This document shows positions 34,901-46,900 of a stretch of DNA of 64,000 nt, piece by piece. A program made the position numbers and the translations under genes. Each line of letters begins with the position of its first letter. Positions within the stretch are counted from its first letter, which is position 1. Under the pieces are notes generated by a model that ran no database searches, was not told the origin of the DNA, and worked only from the letters and a program-made list of their open reading frames with translations. The stretch is taken from positions 26,784,001 through 26,848,000 of the forward strand of contig CATNEN010000001.1 in NCBI GenBank assembly GCA_950097015.1, in the 5' to 3' direction. This DNA is from Macrostomum hystrix. Taxonomy: Eukaryota > Animalia > Platyhelminthes.

Positions 34901-37900
34901 ACAGGCGGGAGCTTGCTAACCTGCCAGACCAGTACCTGTACAGGTTTAATTTTAGCGCCAGCCGCCTGTCCAGGACTCTGCCTGGCATGCCCGGGGTGTA
35001 CAGGGACGCGCTAACCTTGGACCTGCGCGGCACCGGGATAGAAACGTTGCCGATAAAGTTTCTAAACAAACTAAGACGCCTAGAGGTGATCAACCTCAAT
35101 CACAATTTGTTCACAACACTGGACAGACGAATTGCTGAGCTGACGTTTCCGCACCTGAAGGAGATTCGTCTGGATCACAATCCTTGGTCGTGCCACTGTA
35201 ACAACAGCTGGATGTCAGAGTGGTTGCAGCGGATGCGGCCCTACCTAAGGCACGAGGACGAGGTGCGCTGCGCCGAGCCCACCTGGCTGTTCAACAGACC
35301 GCTGCTGGGTTTACGCCTAAAGGACTACTGCGACCGGCCAGATCCGAGATCGTCGAATCGGAGCTACGACCAGCTGGCGCTGAGCTCGTCTGCAGTAAGC
35401 GGTGTGCTAGCCCTGCTCACACTGGGATTCTTTGTACTATTCTGCGCCCGGGTGAGCCTGTTTACTAGATTCGGCTTCCATCCGTTTGATCGGGACGAGT
35501 GCACCGGTGAGTTGAAGCGCTGCGACGCCTTTGTACTGTTTCACCCAAGCGACAGCGACTGGGTGGTCTCCGTGCTATTGGAGAAGCTCACCAACAGGAA
35601 GAGTCCCTACGTCCTATGCACGCACGACAGAGCTTGCATTCCGGGCCTGCTAACCTACAGCGCGGTGTGTCACGCGGTTGAGAATAGCAAGCGGGTCATA
35701 GCCGTCATCACCGAGAGCTTTATCTCCGATGTGGACGTGTGCACTGACTATCAGCTGACTGTGACATTCCTGACTAGAACTCAGCCGCGGCAGGCCAATA
35801 GGCTCATTCATATTCTGTTTCCAAACATCAAGCACCTGCCCCAGAATTTGGTAAGGCGCAACGCGGCAGCTAACAAGTCAATTATTCGCTACGGGAAGAA
35901 AAACTTCTGGAAGCAGGTGTTGTACAGAATGCCTCTAACAACTGTGAACCAACTGTCCGCCTCCAAGACCGCGTCCAGCAACACCAGAGACTATTCCTCC
36001 AGTTTTCAAACCCTGAACGAGGATCAGCGTGGCGGCCTGCTCAACAAGACTGCGCAAGAGTCCATCAGCTACTCCAACGTCTACGAGGCCTCCGGTGAAA
36101 GACAGCTTCAATTACAGCAGCAGTTGCAACATCAACAGCAGCTGCAGCAGCTTCATTGGCATCGCCAGCAGCAGCAGGAGCAACAGCAACTGCACCAGCA
36201 AGTGAGTCAGTTGGCTCTGCCCGGCAGCCGAGTGCCCAGCGTGAGCAGTCTCAGCCTCTACCCCAGCATAGTCACATTCCCCAGGGCATCAAGGATGTCT
36301 ACATTCCGCTCCCAGGACGAAGAATCGGCAGTCAGCTACAACGAGGCCACCCTATAATCATCGGACAGATTTGACAGTCTGCTACTGTGTTTTCATGTCC
36401 CATTGGCATGTGTCCAGTATACGCACCGCAACTTATAAACTATTTCTAGATACCGCAGCACATCTGTGATGCCAGAATACACGCGCACATTATTATTACT
36501 TTTATTATTATTATTATTATTATTAATATTATTAAATCAACTGCATAGTGTAAAATTTGTTAAATTTGCTTGCAATCCGTTCTCACGAGACTGTTCTACA
36601 GTTTAACTGTTCAACGGTTTCTAAGATAGAAATATGGAATATAGAAATCAGTGTTAAACTGTGCATGAAAATCTGTTTTATCAACATAATAAACACTGAA
36701 TAATGTGGCTTCGTCCATTGAAGAATTGAGAAAGTAGATTTGCATTCTTTAAGCAATAATCTAAGCAAATAAGGCAGCAGTGACCAGTGTTAAAATGAGA
36801 TTTGACCGGACTCTGCAGCTTGGTGACAGCGCATGGGCTATCGCATTTCAGGCTAACTGCGCTAGTTGGTCATATCGAGCTCTCAGCGAGCTGCTAGCAC
36901 TGGCTCCCCCTAGCTCTAAGCCCTTATGCTCACTCTCTGCTCAATGCGTATATTGGAATGCACGAGTGGCCTTTGGCCTGCCAAGAAATGCGGAGGCTGG
37001 GGAGCGGAGTCCGAAAGCGACCTTCCAGGAGCAGACGGGGGGACCTCTCACTTCCACAGCGTTCCACTTATGCTAATCAAATTCCTACAAGTACTATACG
37101 GGGGCAGTTAGCAGGTTGAGAGGGCCGGGCGGAGAGCACGACTGGGAGAATGGCTGTGGCAGCAGAGGGAAAATAATAGGGCTAGCGTGCGACAGGAATA
37201 GATGGAGGACAGGGCGGTGGGCGGCGCTAAAATCAAGCTTGGCTAAATAAGCCCCCAATATCTCGGGCAGGACAGGGAATCATTGTGCCACACTCGCTCC
37301 AGTGTGTCTGACAACTTGTGTGCATCTGTGACAATTGCTGAAATAGCCGATGACGGCTGGGCCAATATGGACTGTTATTGGGGTGCTAGCGATCGCTAAA
37401 ATTTAGAAAGCCTATCAACTGTTCCTGGAAAACATACAGAAGGCTAGTGATACTGCTGCTGCTGCTGCTTTTAGTGTCATTTGGTCCAAAAGAGGAAACA
37501 AGAAATGCTACTGATTGACGCGAGCCACATCATTCATAGCTGATAAGGCACCGAACGCACTTTTAATAAGGGCGAAAATAGCTTTTACTGTGCCAAAATA
37601 CCCTAAATTGACTGAAACGAACCGCACCAAAATATGGAAGGATAATGGGAGGATGGCTGTTCAGCCTGAGGATCTGGGAGGATAGCTGCTCAGTCTGAGG
37701 GTCTGGGAGAATGGCTGCTCAGCCTGATGATCTGGGAGGATGGCTGCTCAGCCTGAGGGTCTGGGAGAATGGCTGCTCAGCCTGATGATCTGGGAGGATG
37801 GCTGTTCAGCCTGAGGATCTAAGAGGATGGCTGCTCAGCCTGATGATCTGGGAGGATGGCTGCTCAGCATGAGGATCTGGGAGAATGGCTGCTCAGCCTG

Positions 37901-40900
37901 AGGATCTGGGAGGATGGCTGCTCAGCCAGAGGATCTGGGAGGATGGCTGCTCAGTCTGATGATCTGGGAGGATGGCTGTTCAGCCTGAGGATCTGGGAGG
38001 ATGGCTGCTCAGCCTGATGATCTGGGAGGATGGCTGTTCAGCCTGAGGATCTAAGAGGATGGCTGCTCAGCCTGATGATCTGGGAGGATGGCTGCTCAGC
38101 CTGAGGGTCTGGGAGAATGGCTGCTCAGCCTGATGATCTGGGAGGATGGCTGTTCAGCCTGAGGATCTAAGAGGATGGCTGCTCAGCCTGATGATCTGGG
38201 AGGATGGCTGCTCAGCATGAGGATCTGGGAGAATGGCTGCTCAGCCAGAGGATCTGGGAGGATGGCTGCTCAGTCTGATGATCTGGGAGGATGGCTGTTC
38301 AGCCTGAGGATCTGGGAGGATGGCTGCTCAGCCTGATGATCTGGGAGGATGGCTGCTTAGCCTGAGCATCTGGGAAGATGGCTGCTTAGCCTGAGCATCT
38401 GGGAGGATGGCTGCTTAGCCTGAGCATCTGGGAGGATGGCTGCTTAGCCTGAGCATCTGGGAGGATGGCTGCTCAAGCTGAGCATCTGGGAGGATGGCTG
38501 CTCAAGATGAGCATCTGGGAGGATGGCTGCTTAGCCTGAGCATCTGGGAGGATGGCTGCTCAGACTGAGCATCTGGGAGGATGGCTGCTCAGACTGAGCA
38601 TCTGGGAGGATGGCTGCTCAAGCTGAGCATCTGGGAGGATGGCTGCTCAGCCTGAGCATCTGGGAGGATGGCTGCTCAGCCTGAGCATCTGGGAGGATGG
38701 CTGCTCAGCCTGAGCATCTGGGAGGATGGCTGCTCAGCCTGAGCATCTGGGAGGATGACTGCTCAGCCTGAGCATCTGGGAAGAAGGCTGCTTAGCCTGA
38801 GCATCTGGGAGGAAGGCTGCTTAGCCTGAGCATCTGGGAGGAAGGCTGCTCAGCCTGAGGATCTGGGACAATGACTACTGATGTAGATGACCTTTGGCTG
38901 CCTTATTTGATGGCTTTTTAACCCTTAGAATGGGAATAAGAGTAGTTAACAGTAGAACCGAGGGATCTCAAAGCAGGCGAGCCATCACAGTGTGGGAATC
39001 GGAACAGACGGCTAAGCCTGCAATCAAACAATCTTTAAAAACTGACGTAAGCTGAGTAAGCTACGAGCTAAGGCATAATAGCCTATAAAGCTAAAGTAAG
39101 ATAGCCTAGATTGTCAAACCGCCTTGAAAGAGCTGCAAAGGCTAAAATTAAAAAAACTGGCAAAGCAAGGCATGGCATGCGGCAGCCAAGGTCGGGACAT
39201 GCGGGCATTGTGCCCCGCCTGCTCGGCTGTATTGAAAGGCCTCCTTTCCTGTCATCAATGGGCTGAAGTACTTGTAAGCTGGATTCCGGCGAGTCGTAGG
39301 CGCCTCATGCCGCTAGTTGGCAAGAAGCGGCAATTTAAGAAGGCCTGGCTGAGAATGATTTCAGCCAAAGGGAGGGGCACAGAGCTGGGCGGTTGCCACC
39401 CTATTGTAACTAGTCACAATGAATAATATAGGCGGCAGGTCAAAGGGTTATTGTGTAACAGAACTGAAGGAACTGAAGGTGAGTAGATTTGTCTCACGCG
39501 GAGCACTGCAAAGTGCGGGCAAAGTGTAATAGAGGATAAAACTAAGAAGGCAGGGTATTAAGTTATCCGCACTGCACAAGTCTTGCAAGAAATCACATGA
39601 CCAATTCTCAGGCAGAAAATGCACTTTATAGATAGACAACTTACTTCGGTAAATTTAGTTAAAGGAACAGCTTCCGGCTAAGAAAACAAGATGTACAAAT
39701 ATTACTTTGATAAATGCAAATACAACGCGTAAAAGTTACTTCTGAGAGATTAGTAGGTACCTCGCTTTCAGGCACAAATTGAAGATAAAGGTGACTGAAG
39801 GCGGAGGCGGAGGGTGAAGGCAGCGGGCGGAGGGTGAAGGTACAGGCGGAGGGTGAAGTCAGAGGGTGAAGACAGAGGGTGAAGGCAGAGGGTGAAGGCA
39901 GATGGTGAATGTGGGGGGTGAAGGCAGATGGTGAATGTGGGGGGTGAAGGCGGAGGTGAATGTGGGGGGTGAAGGCGTAGGTGAATGTGGGGGTGAAGGC
40001 AGATGGTGAATGTGGGGGGTGAAGGCAGATGGTGAATGTGGAGGGTGAAGGCGGAGGTGAATGTGGGGGGTGAAGGCGTAGGTGAATGTGGGGGGTGAAG
40101 GCAGATGGTGAATGTGGGGGGTGAAGGCAGATGGTGAATGTGGGGGGTGAAGGCAGATGGTGAATGTGGGGGGTGAATGCAGATGGTGAATGTGGGGGGT
40201 GAAGGCAGATGGTGAATGTGGAGGGTTAAGGCAGATGGCGAATGTGGGGGGTGAAGGCAGATGGTGAATGTGGGGGGTGAAGGCAGATGGTGAATGTGGG
40301 GGTCGAAGGCTGATGGTGAATGTGGGGGTGAAGGCAGATGGTGAATGTGGAGGGTGAAGGCAGATGGTGAATGTGGGGGGTGAAGGCGGAGGTGAATGTG
40401 GGGGGTGAAGGCGGAGGTGACTCACCTCCTGTTTTCGTCGCTGCTCAATCTCCTCCAGAGCGGCGCCCACATCGAAGCCCTGCTCAGCCTCAGCCTCTGT
40501 GCCCTCCGGTGAGGCGATGTCTGAAGGTGGAAAAGTTAAACAAATTATTAGAAGTAAATAACAATTGAGGCACAATAAGTCGATATCTACTCGAAAAGTA
40601 CTTTAAATGAATGAACCTTAAATAAGAAAAGCTATCCACACTAACTCCTGGGCGAGTTGATTTTCGTCAAACAAAAGTCAAGAATTCTGCACTAATATTA
40701 GTTTAAACCAACCGAACGGCGGGTTAAAGGGTTAAACCTGTCAACAGTTTGTGCGGGAACAATTCAATAGCCTTAGCGGAATTGAGTTTAAGGGGGAGAA
40801 TTGCCAGATAATGGGTCTATTGTTTGCTCAATTTTCCAGCCACAACTCGGGGAGGAGCCAAAGCTGCTCGGGTGTGTGTACCTACAAATAAGAGAAAATT

Positions 40901-43900
40901 TATCGCTCATTGGAAGCTTAATTTTATAGCAGTATCATGGATGCTGCTTGAAATTGAAATAAATTTATTTCCACTAAAAGTTATTGAAACAAAAATTTTT
41001 TACCTTTTTTAAGAGTACATAGCATACTAGAGAACTAACCACTTTGCCACAATGTCTGTGTGACCACAATTGACTGGTATTTAGAAAGAGTTAGTAAAAT
41101 GAAACGATGTAACAAAAACTGAGCTAAACAACTAACATAGCAACAAATCAGTAGAGGACAACTTAGTAAAAACACACTGAGATGCTGCAGGTAAGGCACT
41201 ATACGCCTGGACACTGGATCCAGCCATTTAGCCTGAGGTCCGTAGAAATAGCCTTCAGTGAAGGTTGTTTTAAACAGATAATTTGATTGAATGAAGCACA
41301 AACACAGACAAGCGCAAACAGCAAAGCAACTTTTAAGGGTCCTTGATTTCCCTATCAGCCTAATATAGCTTTTGCCATTCAATCTCATTCAATCTCATTC
41401 ATACTCAGCCCCCATAGAATTAATCCAGCCAGTTGGCGTCGTTTGGCCCATAGACTATCGCTCTGTGCCATTCAATCTCGGGTTTTGTCATTCATACTCA
41501 GCCCCCATAGAATTAGTCCAGCCAGTTGGCGCCGTTTGGCCCATAGACTATCGCTCTGTGCCATTCAATCTCGGGTTTTGTCATTCAAACTCGAAGGAAA
41601 AGTTCAAGGGTTTGTAGAAATCATTACAGGGGCGCGACTTTAATTTAAATAGCCAACAGATACACACAGAAAAATGTAATTATTAATGGCTTCTTGTTTG
41701 AATACTCATAATTAGCTACTGGATACTATGGAGACAGATTAACCCTGCAGTGAATCCAGTAGGATTTTAGCCGCAGTTGGTGGCGTTGGCGGTTGCGGCG
41801 ACAAGCCCAGCCAGTTTGGTGCGAATCAGAGAGCACACGGGGCTGGAGACGGAGGTCGGGAATAGGGTGTGTGAGGGTCTGCTTATGCAGGAAATGAGAG
41901 TTGTGAAGCGAAAGCAGTGACATACTAGAGAGAGAGAGAGAGAGAGGTGAAAGGGGAGAGTTGCGTGGGAAATCTGGTGGGTGTTGTGGCGGGCGTTAAG
42001 TGTGTGGAGGGCTTGTCCAGACAGGGCCTGTCTGTGTGTGTCTATGCAAGGATTGACAAAAAATAGCCAGGGGAGAACAAGTTTAGCCTGCGGGGAGTAA
42101 ATGGGGAAGAGGCGTCAGTCGGTGAGGAGTCACTCCCTCTCTCTCTCTCCTTTCTTTCTCTTCGTTTCTCACTCAATCTAGAAAAAAGTGTCGGTCAGTT
42201 TCTAGCTGTCATCCTGTCGCTGTAGTGCGTGTCTCAATTTATGGAGGATGAAATAACAATAAACGCGTGCATGCTTTTGTTGTTCTGCCTATTATTCAAA
42301 GCTAGTGGGGGGGGGGATCGCATTCTAAAAAGCCGCTTACCAGCGTTGAGGAATGGCAGCTTCCCGGAATCGATCGGGCGCACACACCACAGGCCGTCTT
42401 CGTAGATGCTTGGCTCCGCCGGCTTGCTGTTCACTGTGGTCTCCTGACAGTTTGAGAAAACTAATTGATAATTGCTGTTAAAATGGCAACGAAGACAGCA
42501 AAGCTTCTATGCTAGAGATCCCAAATATCAGCAAACACTATAATGAAATCTAAATTTAATATTCAAGGGAAAACAATTATTTAAACTCGATAAACCTCAA
42601 ACCTTCAAAAGAGAAATCTCTTAAACTTGGAAATCCATAGATATGGAAGTCCAGACACATAGGGATAAATTTGAAAAAATCAACATAAAGAAATCCTGTA
42701 TAGGAAAATCCCAATAATGGGAAAACCACAAAAAAACGGGAAACCCCTAGAATGAGAAATCCCAGGATTAGGAAATTCCGCCCCCCCGGACAATTTTTGT
42801 GCTGCACCCGAACGGAGCAACCCAAGAACACAAAACTCAAGAGCACGGGCCAAAATTTTGTTGCGCATCTTCTGAAACAAGAAACAATTCGCCAGCTCTT
42901 CAGACCGTCGAGATATTCAGTGTTTCTGGTTGAAGATCATATTTTTCCCATAAGCGCTAGTGTATTTCGTGCACCCCTATACACGAATTTGCACTGCGCC
43001 TCAGTGCGGCCTTGCCAGGCCTTCAAAATTTACCAGCATGTCACCCGAATGTGCCTGCATCATCTCCGTCTCCGGTGGTCACCTACCTTTAACTAGACGG
43101 ACTGCTGGACCTTCAAGGGCTACAACAGGTGGAACTAGGCCACTATGGACACCCAGACGCGAATTTCTCCAATTTCACAGATCAAGCCTAAATATTAGGC
43201 GCAGTTCAACCACAGGACACCATCGCCTAGTCTGTCAACCAATCAGTCACCACCCAAGGCTGTTAGCATTCAGGCGCTGCCAAAAACATTCCCCCTTGGT
43301 ATAAAAACGGGCGGCAAAACGGCTTGGTAGTCCTACTGTTAACAGCACAGTAAACAATGCAGTGTCTCAGTGTCTTGCTTAAATGACACGTATTGTTCCA
43401 TTAGAGTCAGGAGTCGAACCCCCGACCGACGCTCTAACCCCATAGGCTACAAACACCCTACAATGAGAGATCCCTAGGAAATAAAGATATATAAAGGCAA
43501 TGCGTGGTTAGTAAAAAGTTAAAAAATATTCAGAGGAAAATTTAATTAAGACTACCGCAATACAAAATTTTACTTAACAAAAATCTGAGCAAAAAGATGC
43601 AAAAAGTCTTGATCAAAGAAAGTCATTATTTTTAGTTTTTAAGTCGGCCAACCTTACTAGGATATCCGAAATCCGAACTTCAATATAAATAAACTAGTCA
43701 GTAAATTATTACTCTTTATGCTACTATTGTCATTTTGCTAAGCAAAGAGTTAAACCAGACATTAAAAAACCCGAATCGACTCCAGAATAAAAGAATGAAA
43801 ACTTTTTTTGTCGAAATTTAACATCTACCTCGGTATTGTGACAAGCACTAAGAGTTTCGTCATCATCTGAAATCTGCTCTTCATCAGCCTATTGAATGAA

Positions 43901-46900
43901 TGCGATAGAAATTATTCCGAACTTAGCAAAAATGTGTGTGTTTTACGTGAAACATCCTAGTATCTCACCTGCGCCTGAGTATTGGTTAGAACAGAAGAAA
44001 TCTTAACCAGAGTTTGAATCACTGGCGGACTGATATTAACGAAAATGCTTTCGCAAATGACGGCCATTTTCTGCTTCTGCGGCACATTGGCCTGAGTCTG
44101 GTCCTGCTCCGAGTGGTACACAACTGACAGGCTGCATGGAGATATCACCTGCGGATTGGTTTGAGCAAATTCAAGAGGGTGTTATAGGTGTTGTACGCTC
44201 GTTGAAGACTCGCTTATGAACACTCGGCTAGCCAGCTTCGACAACCCCCACCACCCATTGAGTGTACAAACTGCTAGCCAGCTTCGACAAAACCCACCAC
44301 CCATAGAATGTACACACTGCTAGCCAGATGCGATAACCCCTCCTACCACCCATAAAATGTACACACAGCTTGCCAGCTCCGATAAACCCTCCCACCACCC
44401 ATAGAATGTACACACGGCTTGCCAGCTCCGATAAACCCTCCCACCACCCATAGAATGTACACACGGCTTGCCAGCTCCGATAACCCAAACCCACCACCCA
44501 TAAAATGTACACACGGCTAGCCAGCTCCGATAACCCAAACCCACCACCCATAAAATGTACACACTGCTAGCCAGCTCCGATAACCCAAACCCACCACCCA
44601 TAGAATGTACACACAGCTTGCCAGCTCCGATAAACCCTCCCACCACCCATAGAATGTACACGCAGCTTGCCAGCTCCGATAACCCCTCCTACCACCCATA
44701 GAATGTACACACAGCTAGCCAGCTCCGATAACCCCTCCTACCACCCATAAAATGTACACACTGCTAGCCAGCTCCGATAACCCCTCCTACCACCCATAAA
44801 ATGTACACACTGCTAGCCAGCTCCGATAACCCCTCCTACCACCCATAAAATGTACACACTGCTAGCCAGCTCCGATAACCCCTCCTACCACCCATAGAAA
44901 GTACACACTGCTAGCCAGCTCCGATAACCCCTCCTACCACCCATAAAATGTACACACTGCTAGCCAGCTCCGATAACCCCTCCTACCACCCATAAAATGT
45001 ACACACTGCTAGCCAGCTCCGATAACCCCTCCTACCACCCATAAAATGTACACACTGCTAGCCAGCTCCGATAACCCCTCCTACCACCCATAAAATGTAC
45101 ACACTGCTAGCCAGCTCCGATAACCCCTCCTACCACCCATAAAATGTACACACGGCTAGCCAGCTCCGATAACCCCTCCCACCACCCATAGAATGTACAC
45201 ACAGCTTGCCAGATCCGATAAACCCTCCCACCACCCATAGAATGTACACACGGCTAGCCAGCTCCGATAACCCCTCCTACCACCCATAGAATGTACACAC
45301 GGCTAGCCAGCTCCGATAACCCAAACCCACCACCCATAAAATGTACACACTGCTAGCCAGCTCCGATAACCCCTCCTACCACCCATAAAATGTACACACG
45401 GCTAGCCAGCTCCGATAACCCCTCCCACCACCCATAGAATGTACACACAGCTTGCCAGATCCGATAAACCCTCCCACCACCCATAGAATGTACACGCAGC
45501 TTGCCAGCTCCGATAAACCCTCCCACCACCCATAGAATGTACACACAGCTTGCCAGCTCCGATAAACCCTCCCACCACCCATAGAATGTACACGCAGCTT
45601 GCCAGCTCCGATAACCCAAACCCACCACCCATAAAATGTACACACGGCTAGCCAGCTCCGATAACCCAAACCCACCACCCATAAAATGTACACACGGCTA
45701 GCCAGCTCCGATAACCCCTCCTACCACCCATAGAATGTACACACGGCTAGCCAGCTCCGATAACCCAAACCCACCACCCATAAAATGTACACACTGCTAG
45801 CCAGCTCCGATAACCCCTCCTACCACCCATAGAATGTACACACTGCTAGCCAGCTCCGATAACCCAAACCCACCACCCATAAAATGTACACACGGCTAGC
45901 CAGCTCCGATAAACCCTCCTACCACCCATAGAATGTACGAACAGCAAGAGCGAGCAAGCCGTCTCACCTCAATGTAGGAGTTCATACGGCGCTGTTCGTC
46001 AAACGGGCAGCAGAACAGCTGCATGCCGGTCACGTCAATCTTGCAGTGCTGAATTTCGCTATTAAAGCGATAATCCACAGTGGATTTGAACTGAAGATGA
46101 AGAAAATCGCGGTAATCCAAGTAAATAATGGATCATCAGATTACAAAAATTGCAAACTGGCCTTTGAAGAGCAGGGCCCATGGAGTGGGAGGCAATAATC
46201 TACAAGTGCGCCAATATTTAAATTCTGCAAATTCCAATGCAGATGCGCCTCTGAAAACAGCCCCAGAAGAGCATAAATTTCTCTGCCTCTAGGAGACAGT
46301 TAGCCGGTAGGTTGCAGGAGGAGAACACCAGAGAGTTAAAGCTGTTTATTGAGCAAACAAAAGACCAGTGGAGTGGAGGATGAGACAGAAGAGTGCGTGT
46401 CCATGAAATTTGAGAATATTCCTCCAATTCCGCCTCAAGAATTCCCTCATTTTCCGTCTTCTAGAAGGAAAGAGCAATAAGACTGGGATGAATAAGGGGA
46501 AAACTATAAAAATTTTCCTCATCCAGTGCTTCTAGAAGACGAAAGACGGACGGACGCATTACTCGTATAGCTATTGCAGACAAGTTTTCGTTGCCATATA
46601 ATTATATTGAAAGAGAGTAAGGTTTCGACTTGGGGGAAAGCAGCTTGACAATCAATCAGTTAAAAGTCTGAAAATTTAACCACTGGGCAATAAGCCCGTC
46701 TTAATTAGCTCTGGACAGAAGGGGAAAATAATTTAAACTGGTAGAGGAAGGGAAAATATTCGAGCTAGTATGGGAAATGGCGGATGGAGGGGGAACAAGA
46801 TGAGATTATGGCGGAGGGAGATGGAAAAGGATGGGAATTATGGCGGAGGGAGGGGGAACAGGATGGGAATTATGGCGGAGGGAGGGGGAACAGGATGGGA

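Noticed and set aside
41744-41841. Possible extra exon in intron 40521..42340
   Set aside because: The required phase-1 frame has an early TGA.
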